Below the pieces are notes generated by a model. That model was not told the origin of the DNA. It worked only from the letters and a program-made list of their open reading frames with translations, and searched no databases. The position numbers were made by a program, and so were the translations under genes. This document shows positions 33,284 to 43,604 of a stretch of 59,312 bases of DNA, one piece after another; position 1 is the stretch's first letter, and every line of letters starts with the position of its first letter. This stretch comes from Candidatus Falkowbacteria bacterium RIFOXYC2_FULL_36_12 (GTDB lineage Bacteria > Patescibacteriota > Patescibacteriia > UBA11705): contig MFGJ01000008.1 in the NCBI GenBank assembly GCA_001778235.1, forward strand, positions 1 through 59,312, written 5' to 3'.

Positions 33284-34468
33284 ATGAAGCGCATTTTTTT
33301 CAAAATCCTAATTGTAATTCTGGTCATAATCAGTGGAGTTATCTCTTACCTTGTTTTTGATTACATTACTGCTTCTCGTGAGACTAAAGCACTTCGAGCA
33401 GCTGAAAAAGCCCGGGAAGAATTAGTTGACAATCTAATTCAACAACGACGGTTAAATACTGAAACCAGCGAAGCAGACCCTTTTGGCCCGGATGATATTG
33501 TAAATGTTTTACTTATTGGTCTTGATTCACGACTCGGACAAACCAATGGGCACTGTGATGCAATCCAACTTATCTCAATCAACCGAAAAAACAATTCCAT
33601 CTCTATCACAGCTGTTCCTCGTGGCACCTATACCCCACTACCAGGCACTGGCTACAAACCAACAGATTATTATGTCTCAAATTCCTGTGGCCTTATTGGT
33701 TTGGATTATGGTGTAAATCAAATTGAGAGAATAATCGGACAAAAAGCAGATTTTTTAGTCTTGGTAAATTTTTCAACCACCATGGGAATTTTACGAGCAC
33801 TTAATCTACCAACAACTGAAACTCTTCAGTGGCTTCGAAATCGCCAAACATACGCCATTGGCGAGCCACAGCGGGCTCGCAACCATTCAAACTTTCTTAA
33901 AAAAATTCTGACAGATTATACTTCAGATCAATCAAAGACAGATGCAGTTTGGCAATATTTAATATTCAAAATGCTTAAAACTGATTTATCATTTGACCAA
34001 GCATTAATTATTACAAAAACTGTCTCATCAATGGATCTCGCTCACAATTCAAGCAAGATAAAACTTTTCATGAAACCAGAGCACAATGTCGTTGATATTA
34101 CTTATGACCCAGAAAAAATTGCTGACCAACTATCAGCCTTAAATCGCCTAATAAACCGCTTACCCGCAGGTGATTACAGCGGTGAGACAGAAACAAATTA
34201 CCAACTACATTTATTACAAGAAATTGAGGCCAACATGAAAAATTATGATTTTATTGTCTGGGCTTTCCAAAATAACCTCTGGCTTCAAATTGAAGACTCT
34301 GAAACTCGTAATTCCACTCATTTTGAATTATTAAAAGAGTATATTGAACCACTTGATCTAGATACAAAGGAAGCACTTATAGCAGATTTTATTAATGAAA
34401 TGGATGTGCTTGAACATTCTTCATGGTCAAATACTGGGAAAAATTATCTAAAAATCCTCGTAGGATAA
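33284..34468 (+). CDS. LytR-CpsA-Psr (LCP) family protein, divergent
   Basis: N-terminal TM. VNVLLIGLDSRLGQTNGHCDAIQLISINRKNNSISITAVPRGTY matches the LCP core (LLiGlDsR...RsDTi...SIPRDty) with substitutions. Confidence 0.6.
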   Translation: MKRIFFKILIVILVIISGVISYLVFDYITASRETKALRAAEKAREELVDNLIQQRRLNTETSEADPFGPDDIVNVLLIGLDSRLGQTNGHCDAIQLISINRKNNSISITAVPRGTYTPLPGTGYKPTDYYVSNSCGLIGLDYGVNQIERIIGQKADFLVLVNFSTTMGILRALNLPTTETLQWLRNRQTYAIGEPQRARNHSNFLKKILTDYTSDQSKTDAVWQYLIFKMLKTDLSFDQALIITKTVSSMDLAHNSSKIKLFMKPEHNVVDITYDPEKIADQLSALNRLINRLPAGDYSGETETNYQLHLLQEIEANMKNYDFIVWAFQNNLWLQIEDSETRNSTHFELLKEYIEPLDLDTKEALIADFINEMDVLEHSSWSNTGKNYLKILVG

Positions 34469-34483
34469 ACAATCTATTTTATC

Positions 34484-34515
34484 AAAAAAAATCCTTTTAT
34501 CAAGGATTTTTTTTA
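34484..34515. terminator. Bidirectional terminator between the LCP gene and dnaX
   Basis: aaaaaatcctt, loop ttatc, aaggatttttt. Confidence 0.7.
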
Positions 34516-34553
34516 TCTTATACTTTGAAACTTACAAAATTCAGACTAACAGT

Positions 34554-36287
34554 CTACTCCACCACACTTCCACCAAAAGCATTTAGCACCTGATCTACTG
34601 GATCATCAGAAACAATTCGTTCGACTTCTGGAGGAGGAATATTATTTCCCGAACCCCTTCCATTTGTAATATCATCCAATTTTATTTTGTCATCGACCAC
34701 CAGCATCAGTTCAAAATTAATCCCAAATTCTGTCTGAAGCGTATCAACAATTTCCACTAAATTATTTGGGATATCAACTCTTGAGCGTTGGAGTTCAAAC
34801 ATGAAACCAACTATTAGTTTATTGCCTTCTAACTTAAGCGGTTTAGCCACACTAAGAGACATCGCTAAACTATAATTTTTTACTGTTAAACTTTTTATAA
34901 TATATGGCCATCGTGAAATAACTTGTTGAAAAGTGACAGTCAATCCATTTCCAGCTTTTGGCATAGGTTCATTTGAAACATTATCCTCCAACTGCGCATC
35001 AACAACTCCAGACTCAACCTCAACACTCAATTCTTGATTTTCCGTTTTTTGTTCATTATTCTCTGCTTGTTCTGCTTCATTCTCTATACTTTGATCTTCA
35101 TTCTCATTTATATCATCCACAACTGCCGGTGCTGGTTCAACTTTTAATTTCACCACATTGAGTGGTTTTGTTGGAGTGACAACTTGCCTGACCCTCGGCT
35201 CTGATGTCAAGTTGATAATAGCCACTTCAAGTGGTAATTGTAAAATATAACTTTGTTTAAATAATTCTTTGGCTTTTAAAAACTCTTCAATGTAATTAAC
35301 CAATTCTGATGCCTCAATCCCCTCTATCAACTTCAAAATTTGATCAAGCATTTTCTCATCAACTTCATGGAGCAAATCAGCTGTATCTCTGACTACCTTA
35401 TAAACCATAACACGGCGTACAAATTCAATAAAATTATCAAAAAATGTCTTTATATCCACACCATCATCAACCAATTTATTCACCAAATTTATTGCCGAAG
35501 CAGTATCTTTGTCAATTAAATTTTTTAACAATGAAATCAAGGTATCATAATTTGATCGAGGAATAATTAACTCTGCTTGTTCCAAGGTAATACTTTTTTC
35601 ATCTAGACTTAAAACCTGCTCCAGCAAACTTTCAGCATCACGAACACAACCACCAGCATTTTTTGCCACCAGCTCCAGAATTTTTTCCTCAACCTGCATA
35701 CCTTCTTGACTGACAATCCACTTCAACCGATTGATCAATTCAGGTATAATAATTTTCTTAAAATCAAATCTTTGACATCGAGAAATAATTGTTAATGGCA
35801 CTTTATGAATTTCAGTTGTTGCTAAAATGAAGATCACATATTTTGGTGGCTCTTCCAAAACTTTAAGTAAAGCATTAAAAGATGAAATCGAAAGCATGTG
35901 CACTTCATCAATAATAAAAATTTTATATTTTGAACTCGTTGGAGTAAAACGCACATTATTAATTATATTTTCTCTAACATTTTCAACACCTGTATGTGAA
36001 GCCGCATCAATTTCTATAATATCCATTGCCTTATTATCCATAATATCAAGACATGACTTGCACTTATTACAAGGCTCACCATGAGGTTGTAAATCAAGAC
36101 AATTTGCTGATTTTGATATCAATCTTGCTAGAGTTGTTTTGCCAGTTCCTCTTGGCCCACAAAACAGATAAGCATGGGCTAACCTATTTGACTCCAGCTC
36201 ATTTTGCAAAGTTATTTTAATGTGATTTTGACTTGTAACTTCGCTAAAACTTTTTGGTCTATATTTTCTATACAATGCCACACTCAT
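34554..36287 (-). CDS. dnaX: DNA polymerase III subunit gamma/tau
   Basis: LYRKYRPKSFSEV, Walker A GPRGTGKTT, Zn module CLDLQPHGEPCNKCKSC, DEVHMLS, SRCQRFDF. Confidence 0.9.
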   Translation of the reverse strand: MSVALYRKYRPKSFSEVTSQNHIKITLQNELESNRLAHAYLFCGPRGTGKTTLARLISKSANCLDLQPHGEPCNKCKSCLDIMDNKAMDIIEIDAASHTGVENVRENIINNVRFTPTSSKYKIFIIDEVHMLSISSFNALLKVLEEPPKYVIFILATTEIHKVPLTIISRCQRFDFKKIIIPELINRLKWIVSQEGMQVEEKILELVAKNAGGCVRDAESLLEQVLSLDEKSITLEQAELIIPRSNYDTLISLLKNLIDKDTASAINLVNKLVDDGVDIKTFFDNFIEFVRRVMVYKVVRDTADLLHEVDEKMLDQILKLIEGIEASELVNYIEEFLKAKELFKQSYILQLPLEVAIINLTSEPRVRQVVTPTKPLNVVKLKVEPAPAVVDDINENEDQSIENEAEQAENNEQKTENQELSVEVESGVVDAQLEDNVSNEPMPKAGNGLTVTFQQVISRWPYIIKSLTVKNYSLAMSLSVAKPLKLEGNKLIVGFMFELQRSRVDIPNNLVEIVDTLQTEFGINFELMLVVDDKIKLDDITNGRGSGNNIPPPEVERIVSDDPVDQVLNAFGGSVVE

Positions 36288-36511
36288 AATTTAATCTTTT
36301 ATCTTCAATCATTAAACTGTCTCACCTCTGACAGTTATCATTAATTTTCAATCTTTCACCTCCAGTCAATTTCAATTCCCTCTTCTCCCATTCATCTTAT
36401 CAGACTCTCCCTCTCAAATCAATTGTGCACATACTTGACAATTAACAGAAATATTGTCTCTCTCTAAACAAAAAATCAGTAACTGACTGATTTTTCATGT
36501 TTTATCTAATC

Positions 36512-37147
36512 TTATTTTTGAATAATATTTTCTACCGCAGCCCAACGACTCATACCTTCATTAGGAACAAAGAAAACAACCTCATCTCCAGCTTCACCAT
36601 GAAAATATGTCACACTAGCTGTAAGTAATCTCCATCTTTTATTTCCAGACACAGCAAAATACTGCATATTTTGTGAATCTTGCTCTAATGTCCCCACTAA
36701 TCGCATTCTATCTATCGGTTTAATCTGTTTATACAGAAAAGCTCCAATATTATTAATTGTTAATTTCAAAATATCACCTTCAACTAATTTTGATTTTGAA
36801 GCATAATTTGCAGGAACATCATACTGCTGACCATCTGCACCGATCATATTCTGACCATCAAAAACCCCTTCAATCACCTTTTCCTGTGTATTTTTCATCA
36901 CCACGCCATCTTTACCATCAAGTTCTTGCAAGACTTTACTCGATACACTTTCTTCATTGTCTGAAACAAAATTTCTTTGACCTGTGATTGCCAATTTCAA
37001 CCTATCTAATTGTTTTTGGATACCATTAATCGCCTCCATAATATCTTTTGGAGTCAAATCTTGGACTTCATCATGCTCAAATGATGCTTCAGTGTTGTTA
37101 ACAGCATGTTTCAAGGCTTGCTGATTTTTTTTACCAAATCCCAACAT
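36512..37147 (-). CDS. Hypothetical 211-aa protein between the VirD4-like gene and dnaX
   Basis: AGGAGGG sits 5 nt upstream of the ATG. Disordered N-terminal half; C-terminal beta-rich part (KSKLVEGDILKLTINNIGAFLYKQIKPIDRMRLVG...). No family recognised. Confidence 0.6.
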   Translation of the reverse strand: MLGFGKKNQQALKHAVNNTEASFEHDEVQDLTPKDIMEAINGIQKQLDRLKLAITGQRNFVSDNEESVSSKVLQELDGKDGVVMKNTQEKVIEGVFDGQNMIGADGQQYDVPANYASKSKLVEGDILKLTINNIGAFLYKQIKPIDRMRLVGTLEQDSQNMQYFAVSGNKRWRLLTASVTYFHGEAGDEVVFFVPNEGMSRWAAVENIIQK

Positions 37148-37203
37148 GTTTTCCCTCCTGATATTTTTTTGGAATAAACAGGATTTTATTTTTATTTTTA
37201 TAA

Positions 37204-39744
37204 TTAATAATCCACATCTGATCTTTCACGGACTTCTGCCTCGATTATATCACGATCTTTACCGTACTTCAATCTGGATAACTCAATTAAAGATTCTGCA
37301 ATTTCAGGATGAGCAGCCGGTTCTCTTGTAATAGATTTCATACTAAAGGCAGGTGGATTTTGATTGTTGACCAAGAGTTTGACATAAGTCTCGTACCTCG
37401 GAATATTCATAACATCATATTCACTAAATACCGGAGAAAATTGTTTTGCAAACAATTCAGCATCATCTACACCGACTCTATATGCCACAATTGTACCCAC
37501 ATTACCAAAAATTGAATCTCTGATTCTTGTGTCATTATTTTTTACCAACTGTCCAATAAATTGATGGGCAATATTCAGACATAATCGATATTTTCGAGCT
37601 TCAGACAAAATAATCGCAATTCCTTCGGTTAAGTAATTCTGAAACTCATCAATATACAAATAAAAATCATGCCTCTGTTCTTCAGGCGTGTCAACACGAG
37701 ACAATGCTGCTCCTAAAATTTTTCCCACAATAACCATACCGAGCAAATCAGAATTTAAATCACCGATTTTACCTTTAGCCAAATTACACAAAATAATCTT
37801 CTTTTCATCCATAGCTTTACGAAAACTAAAAGCACTTTTTTGCTGGGAAATTATCGGCCTCATATAATCATTGGAAATAAACTGCGTAAGCTTTGAAGTG
37901 ATATAAGGTACCATATTAGCTAAAGATGCCTCCCCTCCCGCCTTCTGCGCTTCCTTTTCCCAGAAGTCTTTGACAGTAGGATTTTTTGTTTTGGACAATT
38001 TATATGCCCGATAATCCTCATCCGCCAAAACTTTCGGCACCTCTAGCAATGTACTACCCGATTCAACATCTTCCATCAAAAGCTGAACAGCATTTCTGAA
38101 ATACTGCTCAAACATCGGACCACCAGTTGCTTTCATATCATACAATTTATCGAAAATATTGATCAATTCATTTATTACAAAAGTTTTTTGCTCCTCTTTC
38201 TCAAATTCAAGTAAATTCAGTCCCATTGGCCTCTCAACATCTGATGGATCAAAATAAATAACATCTTCTGCCCGTTCTTTTGGCACAAATTTCAAGATAT
38301 CATTAGCCAAATCCCCATGTGGATCCATTACACATACACCATCACCATTCATGATGTCTTGAATTATCATATTGGTCATTAGATAAGACTTACCAGAACC
38401 AGATTTACCAATAATATACATATGCCTTTGACGATCAGTCCTGGCTATTCTAATTGTGCGCTTAACACCTCTATAGACATTTTCACCAATAATAACTCCT
38501 TCTTTTGGCAAATCAAGTGGAGCTGCAGACTGCCTAGCCTCTAACCAATTAATTTTTGGGTGAGTTGTTATTGAAGGTAAAGGAAAATGAAACAGACTAG
38601 ACAGTTCCTCGGTATTCAGGACTACCTTTTTCTTTTCATCAATATTTCTATAAATAAAATCATCCATTAAATGTTTCAATTTCTGGTCAGAGTATTCAAA
38701 AGCATTACCATATTGATAAATATTAAATTGGCTGAAAGCATTCCCAATATTACTTATATAGGCTTCTGCTTTTGCTTGGTTTTCACTTGCAGCAATCACA
38801 CGAATTGTTGCTTCAACTCCAGCTTTTGAAGTTTTTTCCTCCAAACCCTTTACAATTTCTTGTTCAGATGGAGTGAGTTGATGAAGTTTCTCTCCTCCAC
38901 CCAATTCATTAGTTTTTGATTCACCTGAAAAAATCGCCCGCCAAAAATTACCCAGCTCATTACCCAATGATCCTAGAAATCCACCTCCACCGCCGACCTC
39001 TTTTACAGCGTCATCAAAACTTTTTCCTTGTTGCATGTTTGAAGCCACCTCTGAACCCCGATCATGCCATGATTTTGGTGCTGAACGAAATACGATTTGA
39101 ATTGCTACACCATCATTATCATCAACTTGCCCGAGAGAATTAATAATTGAATTTATCGGATCAGATTCAGAATGTTTATAAGTTTTTATTGGAAAGAAAA
39201 ATTCTCTTTTAAATTTTAATACCTTACCATTGATAATGGCTTTTGGTGAAAAAATATTATAGTCAACCACCGGTTCAATTACAGCTGATGGGAATTGAGC
39301 CGAAATTTGATCTTCAACTAGATCTTGGTATTTTTTAGGACATGAAACATAAAAAGAAATCTTGCCTTTGTGAGCAACCAATTCAAAACTAAAAATTTCA
39401 CTAAAGCCCCTCATCCAAGTTTTAGTGCCTTTTTCAGCTTTTAATCCAGCCAACGAAGTCAAGAAAGTTTCCATCACAGCAATTTTTTCCTGCAATTGTT
39501 GTACCGTCAAATCACTACCTCCACCAGCTCCAGCTTTTTGTTCAGCTGACATCTGTGGCAATAAAATCAATAGCAAAACAGCCTCAAAAGCTTGTTTCTT
39601 GGCATATCCTTTCCAAACAAAAGATCTGAAAATAAAAAATGCTGCTAATATAAAAACTAAAAGCAACAAAAATAAGCCTATAGTCAACACCGCTGGATTT
39701 TCTAAAAGCTTAATCCAAAAATTAACATTAAAATTTAACTCCAC
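37204..39744 (-). CDS. VirD4/TraD-like type IV coupling-protein-type P-loop ATPase
   Basis: Two N-terminal TM helices. Walker A YIIGKSGSGKSY, Walker B HDFYLYIDEFQNY, LNIAHQFIGQL. Confidence 0.65.
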   Translation of the reverse strand: MELNFNVNFWIKLLENPAVLTIGLFLLLLVFILAAFFIFRSFVWKGYAKKQAFEAVLLLILLPQMSAEQKAGAGGGSDLTVQQLQEKIAVMETFLTSLAGLKAEKGTKTWMRGFSEIFSFELVAHKGKISFYVSCPKKYQDLVEDQISAQFPSAVIEPVVDYNIFSPKAIINGKVLKFKREFFFPIKTYKHSESDPINSIINSLGQVDDNDGVAIQIVFRSAPKSWHDRGSEVASNMQQGKSFDDAVKEVGGGGGFLGSLGNELGNFWRAIFSGESKTNELGGGEKLHQLTPSEQEIVKGLEEKTSKAGVEATIRVIAASENQAKAEAYISNIGNAFSQFNIYQYGNAFEYSDQKLKHLMDDFIYRNIDEKKKVVLNTEELSSLFHFPLPSITTHPKINWLEARQSAAPLDLPKEGVIIGENVYRGVKRTIRIARTDRQRHMYIIGKSGSGKSYLMTNMIIQDIMNGDGVCVMDPHGDLANDILKFVPKERAEDVIYFDPSDVERPMGLNLLEFEKEEQKTFVINELINIFDKLYDMKATGGPMFEQYFRNAVQLLMEDVESGSTLLEVPKVLADEDYRAYKLSKTKNPTVKDFWEKEAQKAGGEASLANMVPYITSKLTQFISNDYMRPIISQQKSAFSFRKAMDEKKIILCNLAKGKIGDLNSDLLGMVIVGKILGAALSRVDTPEEQRHDFYLYIDEFQNYLTEGIAIILSEARKYRLCLNIAHQFIGQLVKNNDTRIRDSIFGNVGTIVAYRVGVDDAELFAKQFSPVFSEYDVMNIPRYETYVKLLVNNQNPPAFSMKSITREPAAHPEIAESLIELSRLKYGKDRDIIEAEVRERSDVDY

Positions 39745-39790
39745 AAATTTTTATTTTTATTTTTTCCTCTAACCTTAACTTTAACTAAGA

Positions 39791-40072
39791 TTAGTTCTTT
39801 TTCTTTTTTTTACTCACTCGATTGGCTTGTTTCCTTTCAAAAAATGATTTTACAATCCATTTAATACCCTCTCCTACAAATCCGAAATTCCCTAAGCCTG
39901 CTTCTATCACCAATTTTATTTTTTCAAAAATATCGCTTACGCCCTTGAACATCCGATTTGTTCTCCGAGCAATCGCAATAAAATAAATCAGCAATATTGC
40001 TAACAAAATTGAAATTACCCCGATCCCAATCGATAATACCAAGTAAAATATGTCCTGTGTTGTTTCTAGCAT
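39791..40072 (-). CDS. Small single-TM protein with a poly-Lys tail
   Basis: GGAGGG RBS. TM FYLVLSIGIGVISILLAILLIYFIAI. Ends in SKKKKKN. Lies 46 nt upstream of the VirD4-like gene. Confidence 0.5.
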   Translation of the reverse strand: MLETTQDIFYLVLSIGIGVISILLAILLIYFIAIARRTNRMFKGVSDIFEKIKLVIEAGLGNFGFVGEGIKWIVKSFFERKQANRVSKKKKKN

Positions 40073-40254
40073 ACCCTCCTCTTAATTATTTAATATTTTA
40101 ATTCACCGCACAACATTTTTCAAACAACTGAATGAGCCTTCTATTGCTTTGCAAAGCATACGCTTCTTTTTCCCAAGGACTTTCAGTATCAACATTATTT
40201 ATTTTTCTCCGCATTTTTGGATATTTTGCTTTCTTTACTTCATCTTGAACCAAG

Positions 40255-42693
40255 CTATCCCTTTCTCACCTTGGCTTTTACACTCTTTTCCAGATTTCCC
40301 ACAACTTTTTCCTGCCATTTTTTCACCTCTTCATAATCCAAAGTTCGATCTTCAGATTGATACAAAATATGAAATGCCAAACTTTTTTTCCCTACTCCAA
40401 TTTTATCACTTTTGTAGATATCAAACAAGGAAATATTTTTTATAAATTTTGGTTCTGTACTTTGAACAATGTTTTTTATTTCTTTCCAACGAATATTTTC
40501 ATCAACTGTTATTGCCAAATCAAGCTCTACACCTGGATATCTGCTTACAGGTTTATAGTTGTATTTTCTTTCATATAATTTCACCAAATTATCAACATTT
40601 ATTTTCCAGAAACCAACTTTTTGTTTAATTTCCATTTTGGACAAAATCTCCGGATGTACCTCACCAACTTCAGCTAAAGTATGTTCATTAAATTTCATTC
40701 GCAGATATCTAAATGGGTGCAAATGTTCCGCCACTTCAGAATCAACAACTTCTTGCCAAACAAAATCCAAACTAGATAAAATCATTTCTACCATTTGTTT
40801 TGACTGTAAAACCGGTTCAATATTTTTCTCGGACGAAATCATACCAGCGATTATTACTGGTTGAGCTGGCAATTTTTCTCCAACACCTGGCCTGACATCT
40901 TCTCCAGCTTGTTCAGACAAGAAGACTTTCCCAACTTCAAAAATATTAATCTGATCTACATATCTCAAATTGTCTGCTACATTTTGCAAAAGACCTAAAA
41001 ATAAATCTCTTCTAAGCAATGTCCGATCTTCAGTTGCCGGATTTAACAAAGTAATATGACTTTTTGTTTGTAAATTCAATTTTTCCAATTGTTCTTCACT
41101 TACAAAAGCATAATTTGAAACCTCTGTTGCTCCAGTTGTAACCGCGATATCAGTTATTTTGGCTGACAATTTTCTAACAAAATTTTCTTCTGGTAAACTA
41201 ATTCCCAAAACTGGCATAGTAGGCTCAATCTTGTCATAACCATAAACTCTGGCTACTTCTTCAACCAAATCTTCTGCAATTGAGATATCTTTTGCTGCTC
41301 GCCAACTTGGTACAGTCACTGTCATTTTATCTCCATGTGATTTTACCTTAAATCCCAATTTTTCTAATATATCCCTTATAACTTTATTCTCAATTTTCAC
41401 GCCTATTTTTGTTCTGAAAACTTCATAATTTGTGTCAATTCTTACTGCTTCAACTTTTTCCTGTTGATTATCAACCACAGCTGAAACCACCTTTGCTTCA
41501 GGACAAACCTGCAAGACCAATTCCACCGCTTTTCTTAAAGCCGTTTCAGTCATAGTTAAATCCAAATTCTTTTCAAACCTAACAGAAGAGTCACTCCTTA
41601 AACCCAGTCTAGCTGATGTTTTTCTAATCCCAATCGGTTCAAAATTTGCCGATTCAATAATAATTTTTGTTGTTTTATCAGTAATTCCCGAATCCAAACC
41701 ACCCATAATCCCAGCCAAAGCTACAACCTCGCTTTTACTAGCAATAATCAAATCATCATTTATCAATTTATATTCTTTTTCATCAAGCGCTTTTAATTTT
41801 TCACCTTCAATTGCTTTTCTAACTACAATTTTAGTATCTTTTATTGAGTTAGCATCAAAAGCATGCAATGGCTGACCAATATCAAACAAAATGTAGTTGG
41901 TAATATCAACAATATTATTTATTGATCGCAGACCAACAGTTTGCAAAGACTTTACTAACCATTCAGGTGATTGTCCAACACTAACATTATCAATCACAAC
42001 CGCCATATACCTCCTACAACAATTTTTTTCTTTTATTTCAACTTTCAAATTAATATCTTTTGAACCCTTTATCATTTTAGTTTCATATTTTTTCAACCCT
42101 TGCTCAAACAACACGGACAATTCTCTTGCCAAACCATAATGTCCCCAAAGATCCGGTCTGTTTGTTATGGATTTATTATCAATGTCAAAAATTACATCAT
42201 CAAGTCCCAAAGCCTTGGCTAGAGGTTGTCCCAGTTTCAATTTTTTTTCAGTCAAATCAAGTATTTCCCCTTCTCTTTCTTCAAACATTCCAACTAAACC
42301 AATTTCAGCTGAAGAACAAATCATGCCAAAACTTTCAACTCCCCTAATTTTTATTTTTTCTAGAGTAACCAAGTCCCCCTCGCCATGCCAACGCACTCTT
42401 GCCCCGATTTTTGCAAAAGCTATAAGCATATTTTCAGTCACATTACTTCCACCACAAACCACCTGAACAGTATCCTTACCATCATTTACCATTACAACTT
42501 TAAGTTTGTCAGCATCAGGATGAGCTCTCACTTCCAAAACTTTGCCAACAATAATATTATCAAGCAATGACGCCTGATTTACCACCCCTTCAACTTCAAC
42601 CGTTGACAAAATTAACCTATCAGCTATTTCCCTAGCTTCAACTTTGTTGCCAAGATCAATATATTTTTTTAACCACTTTAGAGACACTTTCAT
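40255..42693 (-). CDS. pheT: Phenylalanine--tRNA ligase beta subunit
   Basis: MKVSLKWLKKYIDL. tRNA-binding domain IIVGKVLEVRAHPDADKLKVVMVNDG. B3/4 and B5 regions; full length (812 aa). Confidence 0.9.
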   Translation of the reverse strand: MKVSLKWLKKYIDLGNKVEAREIADRLILSTVEVEGVVNQASLLDNIIVGKVLEVRAHPDADKLKVVMVNDGKDTVQVVCGGSNVTENMLIAFAKIGARVRWHGEGDLVTLEKIKIRGVESFGMICSSAEIGLVGMFEEREGEILDLTEKKLKLGQPLAKALGLDDVIFDIDNKSITNRPDLWGHYGLARELSVLFEQGLKKYETKMIKGSKDINLKVEIKEKNCCRRYMAVVIDNVSVGQSPEWLVKSLQTVGLRSINNIVDITNYILFDIGQPLHAFDANSIKDTKIVVRKAIEGEKLKALDEKEYKLINDDLIIASKSEVVALAGIMGGLDSGITDKTTKIIIESANFEPIGIRKTSARLGLRSDSSVRFEKNLDLTMTETALRKAVELVLQVCPEAKVVSAVVDNQQEKVEAVRIDTNYEVFRTKIGVKIENKVIRDILEKLGFKVKSHGDKMTVTVPSWRAAKDISIAEDLVEEVARVYGYDKIEPTMPVLGISLPEENFVRKLSAKITDIAVTTGATEVSNYAFVSEEQLEKLNLQTKSHITLLNPATEDRTLLRRDLFLGLLQNVADNLRYVDQINIFEVGKVFLSEQAGEDVRPGVGEKLPAQPVIIAGMISSEKNIEPVLQSKQMVEMILSSLDFVWQEVVDSEVAEHLHPFRYLRMKFNEHTLAEVGEVHPEILSKMEIKQKVGFWKINVDNLVKLYERKYNYKPVSRYPGVELDLAITVDENIRWKEIKNIVQSTEPKFIKNISLFDIYKSDKIGVGKKSLAFHILYQSEDRTLDYEEVKKWQEKVVGNLEKSVKAKVRKG

Positions 42694-42706
42694 ATTTTAC
42701 CTAAAA

Positions 42707-43603
42707 TTATTTCTTATCACGATCACCGAACATTCTCTCTTTCCACGCTTTTTCATTTTTCTCAAATTCGTGGGCAAAAGCTTTTGCCTGCCCCATTCTA
42801 CCATCATCTTCAAATTCATTCATCAAACCAGCTGTTAATAGATCAACATCTTCGACTGAAAAAGTTGCCTGTTGCAATATCCAGCCTCTTCTCGCATACT
42901 GCGCTTCCCTCTGGTTAAATCTATCGTGTTCAAAAGGTTTTGTTGCTTGAGGAAATATTAATATTTTTTTTAATCTTGGCAAATCTGGTGGCATTATCCC
43001 ATTGTCTGGTAATTTGGTTAATTTGAATTTTTTTTGCAATTCTGTGATTCTTCGATTTATCATCCCAACCGCCACACCAAGATTTTTACCAAAACTATTC
43101 AATTGCGTTTCGCCCCTTTTTCCAAGTCCAACCGTACTAAGACCGCCCAATTTTATCTCATAAACTTCATTTATAAAAATAATCTGATCTCTCTCATCAT
43201 ATGTTACTCGAATATAATCTGGATTTTTTCTAGCAAAATCAACCCCGAAAATTTGCGGATTTTTCAAACAATTTGTAATAAAATCTCCCAAATACTTTTC
43301 TTGCTTATCTCCTTCAATTTCTTGCCTAACTAGATATTCAAAAACAAAACCTCTCAATACTAAAAAATTATCCAAATTAGCAAAACCAAATTCTGGCAAA
43401 AAGTGCAGAAAAAACTCTGGATCAAATTTTGTTAATATTCTTCTTTTTTCATCTCGAGATATATTTTCTCTATCACTTTCAAAAATTCTGGCAATAACAT
43501 CATTTAAATTCTTAGCTCGAAGCTCATTTCTCAATCTTTCTCCTCGCTCCGATGTAACAGTCAAACCAGTTCGTTCTTCAATCGGTGAATCAAATGTTTC
43601 CAT
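42707..43603 (-). CDS. Hypothetical 298-aa protein inserted between pheS and pheT; possible PD-(D/E)xK nuclease fold
   Basis: Start lies 1 nt from the pheS stop; stop lies 13 nt before the pheT start. Ordered residues E (GFVFEYLV), PD (KNPDYIRV), ExK (NEVYEIKLG) and Q (GETQL) fit the restriction-endonuclease-like motif order. Confidence 0.6.
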   Translation of the reverse strand: METFDSPIEERTGLTVTSERGERLRNELRAKNLNDVIARIFESDRENISRDEKRRILTKFDPEFFLHFLPEFGFANLDNFLVLRGFVFEYLVRQEIEGDKQEKYLGDFITNCLKNPQIFGVDFARKNPDYIRVTYDERDQIIFINEVYEIKLGGLSTVGLGKRGETQLNSFGKNLGVAVGMINRRITELQKKFKLTKLPDNGIMPPDLPRLKKILIFPQATKPFEHDRFNQREAQYARRGWILQQATFSVEDVDLLTAGLMNEFEDDGRMGQAKAFAHEFEKNEKAWKERMFGDRDKK

Positions 43604-43604
43604 A

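Noticed and set aside
35590-35605. dnaX programmed -1 frameshift site (A AAA AAG)
   Set aside because: The run gaaaaaag is in the wrong phase (zero-frame GAA AAA AGT). It sits at about residue 230, far upstream of where gamma normally ends, and has no obvious downstream hairpin.
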